DNA of 59,207 nucleotides. Source: Octopus bimaculoides (lineage: Eukaryota). The stretch spans positions 56,007,162 to 56,066,368 of the forward strand of contig NC_068981.1 in NCBI RefSeq assembly GCF_001194135.2, read 5' to 3'. The position numbers and the translations under genes are program-made. The notes below the pieces were generated by a model that saw nothing but the letters and a program-made list of their open reading frames with translations, made no database searches and was not told the DNA's origin. Shown here in pieces: positions 1 through 10,900 of this stretch (position 1 is the stretch's first letter; each line of letters begins with the position of its first letter).

Positions 1-65
1 CCCCCCCCCCACCAATGCAACACCAAGTGCTTCAATTGGTTGCATATCACAAGGTTCAACGGAGC

Positions 66-330
66 CTACCTGAAGCAAGCCAGCGCGCTTGCGGCATTAC
101 CACGGCCGATGGCGAGGCTAAGGCGTTGGAAAAGTCTAGTACCCTCGCGGACATCATCTAACACCTCGGTGAGGTGAGCTGCCAGCGATGACAAGAACTT
201 TGCCGTTAGCAGCCAGTCCCTACAAACGTCGCAGACGCCACAGCTTGAGAGAGATACTTCACTGTCAGGTCCTGATGGGTAAGAGGTAGGTGCTTCATCT
301 GGGGCCCCACGGTCTGTGACTCTTTTGCGC
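66..330 (-). mobile_element. Decayed 3' end of an RLE-type (CRE-like) non-LTR retrotransposon
   Basis: Minus-strand peptide ends KFLSSLAAHLTEVLDDVREGTRLFQRLSLAIGRGNAASALACF, resembling the FQRLS.A.QRGNA C-terminal motif of CRE-clade elements; locally GC-rich. Confidence 0.55.
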
Positions 331-588
331 CCTCCCACATCCTGGATGCTGCGGTAAATGGGAGGGTCACTGCTTCCGTAACCGGACGGAAATATAACAT
401 AAATTGTTATTGATGGGAGCACTTCAGTGCATTCTTCTATCTTTGCTTCTCAAGTTCTATAGTTAATTACAAGTGATGAATAACGACATGACTAAACTCT
501 CCTTATATCTTTAACATTTTACATTATATACACGGTTCGAACTCTGCTGAGAGTTTTTGTCTATTTTCATCCACGGGTTTGTTAGAAG

Positions 589-722
589 CACTAGCGTAAC
601 TAGAGTGTGTCCCGCCCGGAGCGGCCTTTTCGTTTGCTGCCCCCAGACCCCACAAAATATCACATATTGCCTATAACAGACCCGAAAGTGACGCCCCTAC
701 CCCCACCCCTGCTACGCTAGTG
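589..722. mobile_element. hAT-type MITE
   Basis: TIR CACTAGCGTAAC / GCTACGCTAGTG (11/12 match); 8-bp TSD GTTAGAAG (581-588) / GTTGGAAG (723-730). Confidence 0.7.
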
Positions 723-1309
723 GTTGGAAGGTATAACTGAATTCGTTTCGTAGCAGATCATTAATGTAGGCATTTTTTGTAAATAATATTATTTTGCTCT
801 TTTGTAAGATGATCCTAAGATGATCCTGAGACACCATTTTTGATAGGTTGAACCCTAAATCTTCCTCACCGCTTGTCGTATCTCACTCACTGTCGTAAAG
901 GCTGTCATTTGGGAACTTCATCTTTTGCAACCACTTTACTATCATCTAACCCCACTCGCACTCTGGCTGCCCAATGACCCTGGCCAACGCTGGTGGTCAG
1001 CAAGATGAGGCGAACTGACATCTGTTATTTTTCATCCCCTACTCACTTAATGTGTGTATATGAGAAGCACCAGCCTGCTAGAAAGTGGAAGTAACCCCAC
1101 CAGCTTAACCACCACTCTCACTGAAAGTAAATAACGGACCAACAGAAATCAAGCAAACGAGCGGAATTTAGCATATCATCTCAGCTAAAAAGCTGCAGAA
1201 TAAGGTAACAGATATACCTGAATCATGATTCCGAATTCTGACTAGAGCCCCAATTCTCCTCAGCAGGTCTTGCTTTACCCAAAATGAAAAATCCATCTCA
1301 TCTCGTTGT

Positions 1310-1583
1310 AATCCGTTATGTCTTGAATAGTTCCGACGTATGAGTGTTCAGATTTTGCTGAACAATGATTTGTATATAGTGATCAAATGTTCGTGCTGCA
1401 CATTAGCTCACACTCTCGATCAAATTGACGTTGTCTGAATAGGTGCACTGTGTACCACGCGTCGGGTGTCGAAGTGATCGCAGAGCCACGTGAGATGAAG
1501 TGTTTTGCTCAAGAATACATCGCACCATCCGGACTAGGAATTGAAATCACGATCTAGCGATCGTGAGTGCAACACTCTAGCCA
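1310..1583 (-). mobile_element. tRNA-derived SINE with CORE-like domain
   Basis: Minus strand: A-box-like TGGCTAGAGTG, B-box-like GTGATTTCAATTCC, then TTCTTGAGCAAAACACTTCATCTCAC. Confidence 0.6.
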
Positions 1584-1587
1584 TATA

Positions 1588-2374
1588 TATAATATTATTT
1601 AATAAGCACAATATATGTTTCTGTGTGCTACTAGTAGTTTCATGCGGCGAATGCATCTCAGGCAGTATTTTTTAAACTCGTCTAGAGGCTTAGCGCAATC
1701 TTCAGGCAATACCCATATGGCATAACGAGCTAAAAGTAGGAGGATAGGAAGAGGAAAAAAACGAGAAAAGCTGAGAAAGAAGTAGATAAACGGTGGAAGG
1801 TTGAAAGATTGGAAAACGAATGATAAAACAAAAAGAAGTATAACGAGTTTTTTCAGCTATGTATAGCTTACGTTTTTTAGATCTCTTGCGGATTTTTCGA
1901 AGAACTCAGATCCTTTTCAGGTTTAAGAATTCTACCACACTGCTGAATTCTAGATCCGAAATTTTCAGCGATTGTAAACATATGACTAGGTTCCTGTTGG
2001 TGAATTGTAAAGTACCATTCTCTTCGAATTGAGCAGCTGTACCGCAGACTCTAGGCCACTATCCTTAATGCCTTACATTTTCAGTCGAAGGGGACATAAC
2101 TCTAATTCTACCCTTTTGCTTCTTTTTGCTTTCTTTTTCGTTCTCCGGTTTTTCAATCTTCCACCTTTCACTTTAACTTCTTTCTCAGCTTTTCTCATTT
2201 TTTCTTTCTCCCTATCATCCTACTTTTAGTTTGTTATATATACCATGTAGGCATTACCTGAAGATTACGCTAAGGCACCAGACGTGTTAAAATATACTGT
2301 TTGAGATGCTTTCGCCGCATGAAAGTAATAGCAGCGCAGAAAAATATATATTGTGTTTATTAAATAATATTTAT
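1588..2374. mobile_element. Foldback / long-TIR non-autonomous DNA element
   Basis: About 250-bp imperfect inverted arms (1588-1838 vs 2119-2374) around a non-palindromic core. Confidence 0.75.
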
Positions 2375-2438
2375 CTCTCACGACAGGGAGTACTTTTTTT
2401 TATCTTACCATCATGAAACAGTACATTACACAACGCAC

Positions 2439-2670
2439 TCTTTAGGCCCGTTTACGGGAAACGTTTTTGAGTACGCAAATAAAAGCTCCTATTTCATTAT
2501 GTCGGCTACGACATAATGATACCAACTTGCAATAGTAGTTTTATTGGGTTGTACCGATATAATGTAGGATACAACCCCATAAAACTGCTATTGCAAGTTG
2601 GTGCCGCCATAATAAAATAGGAGCTATTATATGCGTACTCAAAAACGTTTCCCGAAAACGAACTTAAAGA
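2439..2670. mobile_element. Hairpin MITE
   Basis: Near-perfect inverted repeat over almost its whole length (CGGGAAACGTTTTTGAGTACGCA...TGCGTACTCAAAAACGTTTCCCG). Confidence 0.8.
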
Positions 2671-3403
2671 ATACATACATATATATAAACGTAAGACCCA
2701 AGGAAGGAAGTGAGCTTCAAGCAATACATAGAAAATATGAAAGAAAATAACTTTCAGGAATAATAGTGGTTTATTGGGGCGGAAGTTTGTGGATTTTTTT
2801 CCGTATCGAAGTACGATAAGCTGAAAAAAAAAAAAATCTTATATTTCACAGTAGGCAGCCAGGTATGTGAATAAAAATCCAAGAGTTAAGGAATGGAACC
2901 TGTCAACCGTGAAATACAAAATAACTTTTTTCAGCTTGTGTGTGTGTGTGCGTATGTATGTATGTATGCATGCATGTATCCTCTAACCCTTATGCCAAAC
3001 ACCCTTACTACACTACCCTGTCTCTCATACACCTATCGTTCTATCTTTCCTTCACTCTGTAGTATATGTAACGATAATAATTTGTGTAGTTACCAGTTGT
3101 AACGGGTAAAATTTGATTAGGTACAGAATAATATGAAATATCGGAGTCAGCAGTTGTAACGATAAAATTTTTTTGTTATAATTGCATGTTGTAAGATGGG
3201 AAAGATGAACAATGCATGAAGTTTTAAGGGTGGAGATGGAGTATATGTAATCTGGGTATACCCCCCCTTTTAAATTTTGTTTTTTTTACGGAATCCCACG
3301 TTTTAGGCTATGGAGATTCCGATTCTGAAAAAAGATTTTCAAAAATCTCAATTTCAAAATTTCGATTCCCCCCCCCCGGTTTTTATATAGATCCACAGGG
3401 TAA

Positions 3404-3447
3404 ACCTAACGCTAACTCAAACCCTAACCCTGACCCTAACCCTAACA
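3404..3447. repeat. Degenerate (CCCTAA)n telomere-like array
   Basis: ACCTAAC GCTAAC TCAAA CCCTAA CCCTGA CCCTAA CCCTAA CACTAG, next to an N gap. Confidence 0.6.
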
Positions 3448-4264
3448 CTAGTTTTGTGAGATTTGGCTGTNNNNNNNNNNNNNNNNNNNNNNNNNNNNNN
3501 NNNNNNNNNNNNNNNNNNNNNNNNNNNNNNNNNNNNNNNNNNNNNNNNNNNNNNNNNNNNNNNNNNNNNNNNNNNNNNNNNNNNNNNNNNNNNNNNNNNN
3601 NNAGGTTCAGATTACATATAGTCCATCTCTACAGTTTTAAGAAAGTATTTATTTACCGTTACGTTGAAAAATACCATATCGCGACGGGCAGGTTATGATA
3701 AATCCAAAAACATGCGAAGTAAAGTTTGTGTTTGTGTCCTCTTCATTGTTTAGTATTAATTACAGAGAGCGGTAGAATAATGTTGTAAGAGAACAGAATT
3801 AGAGATGGTGTGGGACGTTGTCTCACAGTTGCTGACAGTAAACTTCATTTCTCCCTCTGACCAAGTTTCTAGCTGGTCAGCCAGACTTCGTTTTCACTGA
3901 GTCGTTACCATGTGACTGGACTCGTTAAGTCGTCACCGACTGGTGACTAACTAACTTTTTGCTTGGTGGTTTATGCTTTTATAACTATCCAGAAGGATAG
4001 ACATATCATTGAAAACAATAGATCTAGTTGGTGGTCTTGTTATCTAAGAGGTTAGAAAGGGTGAAGTGGAGAAGACATTATTTCGGCCTAGCTAAAGGCA
4101 TCTGGAAAATGTAAAACTGCTGTCACAGAAAAACCATTGTTCCATTTGATCACGTTCTTCTTATCAGATACCCACAAAACAATACAGAAACCTGAAAGCT
4201 AGATAAAATCACGAACATACAAAGGAATTAATGCATACATTTATAATTACTTATACCAACACTC

Positions 4265-4445
4265 AAATTTTCAGAGTCTGTAAGCTTGGCAAAATTATAA
4301 CAATCCCAAAGCTGAGAGAAGATCCATCATACAGGTCCACTACACTTCTAAGCACAATTTTAGAAAGGCAAATCGTTGATATAATGAATTCACACATCAC
4401 TTTCTTCAAATCACAACATGAACTTCCACTTGTTCTACTCTAGAC
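4265..4445 (+). mobile_element. Decayed LINE reverse-transcriptase fragment
   Basis: KLGKIITIPK..DPSYRSTTLLSTILERQI...HITFFKSQHE resembles the RT motif WK...IIPIPK...SYRPISLLS...K.LER...QHGF. Confidence 0.5.
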
Positions 4446-4918
4446 ACTATTGTACATATACTCTGTTTATACAAGAGACTTAAAGAAGCACTAACTAAAT
4501 TCGCTGTTTCCTTTCTTACGATTAGCAGCAACACTAGAACACATAAACTACAACTAAACAAAACACTCAATAACACAACAACAAACATCTTAGCACTACA
4601 AAAGTTTTGATGACAAAATTTCCCATTTGTCTAACTTTTTCCTCCCTCCCATTTGTTTTTTTAAGTGAAGCTTTTAAAGAAATTTTATCTGGAAACAGTG
4701 ACAGTCGTGGCTTTGTGTCACATCGAGAGTATGTTTCGAACAGTTACAATGTCAACTCAGTTGCTTTAGATATAAATAAAAAATAAAAAAAACACATTGT
4801 TAAATATACAACTTAATCACGTAGTTTTGTTTTTGCAATTAATAATCGTTTGTTGATTTTCTTGTGATTACTGTGATAAACATTCCTCGCACAAGCTGTT
4901 GTCATGGTAAAATATATG

Positions 4919-4950
4919 TGACGCCACTTCCTTTAACTGACGTCACTTCC
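4919..4950. promoter_or_regulatory. Tandem ETS/CRE composite motifs in the AHSA1 promoter
   Basis: TGACGCCACTTCC (4919-4931) and TGACGTCACTTCC (4938-4950; perfect CRE overlapping ACTTCC), about 115-145 bp upstream of the ATG. Confidence 0.6.
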
Positions 4951-4963
4951 TCATCCGTTATAA

Positions 4964-4978
4964 CTTCGAGAATTTTCG
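4964..4978. promoter_or_regulatory. Canonical heat-shock element (HSF site)
   Basis: cTTCg-aGAAt-tTTCg: three perfect inverted nGAAn units 86 bp upstream of the ATG of an Hsp90 co-chaperone. Confidence 0.75.
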
Positions 4979-5063
4979 CACTATTTCACTTATTCTGTTA
5001 TCCACTTCGTGAGATATTATATGCCTACGCTGTTGTTTCATTCAATTTGTGAAATTTGTGAAA

Positions 5064-5143
5064 ATGGCCAAATGGGACCAAAGGGATCCGCGTTGGATAG
5101 TAGAGGTGCGCCCCGATGGTACAAATGTGAATAATTGGCACTG
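5064..5143 (+). CDS. AHSA1: AHSA1 coding exon 1 (MAKWDQRDPRWIVEVRPDGTNVNNWH-W)
   Basis: Aha1 N-terminal motif NxNNWHW; donor TG|GTATGT at 5144. Confidence 0.96.
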
Positions 5144-7935
5144 GTATGTATGGATATTCATTTACAGTGCATATTCCTATCAAACCAGACCGGTTTCGGT
5201 AAATGTGTTTCAAACTCACAGTAACCACGCGCACTTAACATCTGTATAATTTTATTAGATCGTATGTAATATATAAATTAGATTCTGTAGTTTTTCTATA
5301 TATCCAGAGTACTAGAACATTGAATGGTACTTCTTTATTTTTCCTCCCCCTCACCACCACTTCGTAGGGTTTCTTGTCTTTCGTTTTTGGGTGTCTGAAA
5401 AAAAAAAATTACGGTAAATTAAAACCAAACGGGGATTTAATCTAATGCATTCTTTTAGAAAAGTTACTAAAAAATCATATCTTAATTTGTTATTAATTCA
5501 TTAATTGAGACATGATTTCGTTTCTATTTCTAGTCTCTATAATTTTTTAATCTTGTCCTTGATGAAGTAAAACGACGAACCCCATAAACCTCTATTGAGT
5601 ATAATTGCTATTGTTTAATAATGATTTCTCCAATTGTTTAATTTTCTGTTTCTTCTCGAACATTCCACATATTTGTCACATCAAGAAAGGTCTTCGCTAG
5701 AGTGCACATGATCGGGTAATAGTAATACATTCAGGAACCTTTTTCTCGGTGCATATTTTATTGTCGATCTTACTAAATTCGGTCATCGTCTCTCGAAAGT
5801 GATATAACTGTTCTGTATTACGTAATGATGGTATTTAAAATGTAAATTATTATAGAAGCTGATTTAATTCTTATTTACGGTGAAAAAAAATTAACTGGAA
5901 AAATCTCTTTTCATTGGATTCGTTTAAATTAACTTTCGTATAGGTTAAAGCATAGTATAATGTTACTCATTTAGTTTTCTATGTGTACTTTTGATTTATT
6001 TATTTTAGGGACCCTTTTTGAATTTAAAATTTGTTTTTAAGTATGTCTTATAATAATAGATGTAATATACTCTGTGCTGAAACTATGATTTACCTGGTTT
6101 CTAGAACTTTTCATTGTTTAATACTATATAAAACGCTATGGTATAGTGGTGCCAACGGCCACATTAAAAATAGACAAACTATTCGTAAATGTATACGCTT
6201 TACTCTGGCTTCTGTGGGGATTATTAATTATAAGTACTATGTACTTTTCTGCGATGACTCGCTGTCTAAATTGAACATTTCCATTTTATCTATTTGTGTG
6301 TGTAGAACCATGCCGCTACGCTTGAGGCAATTTTGAATCCCTATTCGAGCCATCAAACTTGCGTCGCTATGCTTTTGGAAAATAATTAACGTCATAACAT
6401 GCTGTTTCTTTTGCATTTTGTCTCTTTTCCAAGTACACTGTGACTAGTTTGAGTCATAAGTGAACTACGGTCATTCATGTTGGGGCACTGTCCTGAGTTA
6501 TCACTTATTTGTTTGGATTAGAGATTCAGAATCTGATAAATAAATAAATAAATAAAATCATGCGCATAGGAGATTCACAGCTGCAGCATTTTTTTCGTAT
6601 ATAATATTTCGTTTGCATTTGAAGTGTATAAATATATATTTTGCTTGCATTTACATATTCCCCCTTACTTTAAACTGAAACTACAAAAGCAATAAGAATC
6701 TCGGTTTAAAGCTTTAGAAATGTATGTATTAATTACAGGGACAAAAAATATGAAAATCCTGTAATAGTTGTTCCGGAGACATTTTCGTGAAATGCAAATC
6801 GCCATATAAGCTATCAGACAGGTACGAATCTTAGTATCCCATCGTACTTCTTGAGTATCTGCAAAATTCCTGGTTCCCGTCTATGTGATTATTACATACA
6901 TGAATGACAGGATCTATGGTTATGATTCTATGTTTGGCAGTCAAATGTTGATGATAGCTTAACAACAGTATTGTTATATGATCCCAACAGATCGGCCTCT
7001 GGCAGGATATATAGCAGTACAAGTAAAAGGGCAGCTACATTTTTAGAATCAACCTCAATTAGAAAGCACCACCTTGTTCCCAGTTCCACACTACTGAACA
7101 TCCACTGTGCATCTGTCACATGCTCAACATCACAATTTCATTTGATTAATACAAATTTATTAGTTTCAGCAACCTATCAAACTCTTCCCAGTTGCTTTCT
7201 CGTTCTGCTAAAAGTCTTCTCTGTAAACATCCTGATAGTATTTTTGATTGCAAATGGTTTCACTGATAAATGCGACACCTCTTCCCCCATCATAAGCTCA
7301 TCAATAGATTATCGCTTTTATCAGTAATAGGCATTTTTCATACAGGTCCCCATAAAACCATCAGTTTTTTTTTATTTTATTTTATTTTATTTTGCTGATT
7401 CTGAATCTCTTGTTCAAAACATAGAAGTTCGAAGGGTTTTTTTAAAAAATAAAATTGATAAACAAATCAGAAAAGGGATTAAAATATCCAAGCTTAAATG
7501 ATCAAATGACAAAGCTTATTTTAATTGGTTAAAAAGTGGACATCAACCCTTAAGCATTGAATCCAACCAAAATATTCTACCTGTTTTATATTCAAACTGG
7601 CCAGATCTGGCCTCTGCCATCTGCTATATAATTTCATTAAAAAACTAATCACATCATCAAAATCTCAAAGCTATCACATAATGCGTGATTAATTAAAAAC
7701 AATATGAATAAATAAGCATTACTTTTGACAGAATGATCTGAGTGCTAAAGGGTTAAAATGGTGAGGATGAGGAATGCCATGAAATTGGAGCTGAGCTTAG
7801 CCAGTAGACCTTTTTGTGACTTAAGATGCATTTACAGCCATGATCATATCGAAAGAGGTCTTTATCTTGAAATCAGTCATGTACTTCATATGCAATGTCA
7901 GATTGCCAATTTGTTATGTTTGCTAGATATATATG

Positions 7936-7969
<34 letters not shown>

Positions 7970-10900
7970 CTCATTGGTTCCAGATAGTGAATTATGGCTA
8001 TGTTGGGGCACTGTCTCTGAGTTTTGAATCAATATAAAAATTAAGAGATTCTCTAAGACACTTACTAAACGATGCATTTATACCAATCGTCTGAAGTACA
8101 CATAACGTGTCACATATTTTAAAACTTGTGGAATAAGTCATTTGAACACTGAGAGCCAATAAAATCCTTAGGTGAACTGGTTCAGAGAGATAATTATTTT
8201 GGGTATAAACACAATATCATGTGGATGGATCTCACTTAAGTTTAAATTATAAAAATGTTTGATCAAAATGTCTACATATATATGTATTATAACGTACGAG
8301 GCTATGTATTCCAGAGACACTTGTATTGTTGATGTTGACTCAGTATAACACTATGACAAGGACGGTTCTTTGATTTACGGGTGCAGCTCATCAAATGGGA
8401 TTCCTCTTCACCCTGAGTCTACCGTAGAACACACCAAGTATGTTACACTGTGGCAACATATTTGGCATCTCATTATTGCAAAGTGAATATTTTGAACCAT
8501 TCAACAATATTTGAAGGAAAGATACATATTGCTGACTCTGAATGCATACATGTAAAAATGCTATTTCTTTCCCAAACAACAAACTTCCAAAATTTTGCAT
8601 TTATAATCAATTTTTACAATAGTCCAAAGAATTTCTTTGAGAACTACATTTTATATATGCATGCATATGTGTGTGAGAGGAGTAGTGGTATGAAGTGTTC
8701 CTGATTGGAAAGACAGCATGCTAGAGAAATTCAAGATGTTGGGAAAAATGTGTTCAGAATGATCATGATGTACTTGTCCTTACTGATGTTGAAAAGAGGC
8801 TTGTAAGTGCTTTGAGAGAGACTGTTTAATGAAGTGACTGCATAGAAGAGAGAGATTTCTTGACTAGACCCAACATGGAATCAGCCATCCAACTTGACAT
8901 CATTATGATTAACGAAGTAAGAGCTGTGAATACAGTGATAAGTCTAGATTACAAGAATAGGTCTACCTGAATCGGCCTTCATCTCTTGTTTATGATAAAT
9001 CTGCAGGTCATAACAGAGTTGTTAAAACCAACATCCATGAAAACTCCTGTTATGCCAATTATCTAGTTCTTATGACTGAATTAGTCAAAGATTTGGATGA
9101 ATTCCTGATTTGGAAGCAAGAATCAAGTGGCCTCAAAGTAAACTAAATGAAGATTAAAACATTTGTAAGTAGTAAAGAAGGAGTGCCCTGCTACCATCAG
9201 GAGTTGTTTGTATTCAGTGTGCCATAATGGAATAAGGAGAAAATTCCTTATGTTGCACCAGGTTATGCACAAGAGTTGTTGCAGGACCAACAACAGGCAA
9301 GCTGTCAGAGAAACACACTTTATATACAACAGATGCTCAGAAGCAGTAAGTACCAAGAGCACCTGAGAAATAGAAGCTCTCAAGTACCCAGAAGTTCTAG
9401 AAGTGGTTGATAACTTCTCTTATCTGGGTGAATCTAATTAGTAGTGGAGGTAAGTATCCTAAAGGATGGTAGCCAGAACAAGATTAGACTGGAAGAAGTT
9501 TGGGGAGTTGTTACCTCTGCCAGTGAAGAAGGGAAGATTGTATGACACTTGTATATGCTGCTTGGTAGTGAGATATAGGCCTTGAATGTTGAGGATTTAC
9601 AAAGATTATATAGAAATGAATCAAACTGATTTACTGTATGTATGATGTTAATGTGCATGAAAAATAGAGTACAAATCGTTGTTATTATGCAAAAATGTCA
9701 TAAGTCCAAAATGTTGCTTTTTCAGAAAAAGAAAGAATAGTTTCACCTTTCTATAGCAAAACTGCTGTACTACACTTGGACAATCTTTGATATCTTGGCA
9801 TCTGAAGCAGCTGGAGATACAATAGTTTGATCAAAAGAACTGGCTATTGCAAGCAAAAATTAATATTGAAAAAAAAAAAACAGATTTAGACATATGACAG
9901 TTTAACATAACAGCAACAAAATGAATTAGGGAAAAACTGGTTGCATGAGGTATTAGAGGTGGTGTCCAAGAGAGAAAACTGCACTGATGTGATGTTTATA
10001 AAGACTGATAGCTGTATAAAGTAGTGCAAGTGAATGGAACCTGTGAAAGACTGATGAAGAAAGACGCAGGCTGAAGTGAAGATTGACTTTAAGATGCTGA
10101 GACTCAAGAAGATGACAAAAGGATTGAATGATTAGTGAAATGCAGTGCTGGATAAAATCTGTTCCTTGTGCAAGCATGGCAAAATAAACTTTAAAATGGT
10201 GCTGTATATTCCTCCATAGTTGAGTTTCTTCCCTGTTAGCCTCCATCTGTTTCCTTCTCTACCTCTGTGATGCCTTCCTTTGTCTCAATCTTTCTAATTT
10301 CTCATGCTCTCCATCTCTATCATTCATCTCTGTCACACATCTTCCCATAACTTATACTCTCTCTGTTCATCCCCCCACTACTCCAGTTCCCTGTATCATA
10401 CTGCTCATGAATCTAGGAATGGCATTGGATCTGTCTAACTCTCTCATCTTTCTGACACATACATACAATCCTCTCCTTCATGCTACCTGTGTAGTGAAGG
10501 GTGGTAGCAAATCTGCATATTTTCTCACACCTTATTCACCCTATCAAGACATGTATTATGAAGGATAGCGTTAGGTCACTCAATTACTATCCCTAACTTA
10601 GACTCTTTCACTTCACAAACATATAGCCATTATAAGTCTTCCATTATTCCTCCTAGCACTGTAATTTACTCTCTTTCTGATAGTGAGTGAAGCTTAGAAC
10701 AGGAATTTTCCACAGCTCTTCATCTCTGCACCTTAGCACTCAGTTGCTAAGTGGTATCCAAGAGATAAGAAAAAGCTACTTGGAAGGCCTTCACAATGAT
10801 AGGAAGATGATTTAGTTAAATGATTTGGAAGATGGAAAAGAATGGTGTGATCAAGAAAGAATTGGAAGTGCATTGTGACCAGCCGTATATTACAGCATCT

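Noticed and set aside
1500-1583. tRNA-like A/B boxes here and at ~23980 and ~48865
   Set aside because: SINE heads; no cloverleaf, so not tRNA genes
3781-4000. Possible solo LTR starting TGTTG
   Set aside because: No matching CA terminus, TSD or second copy identified
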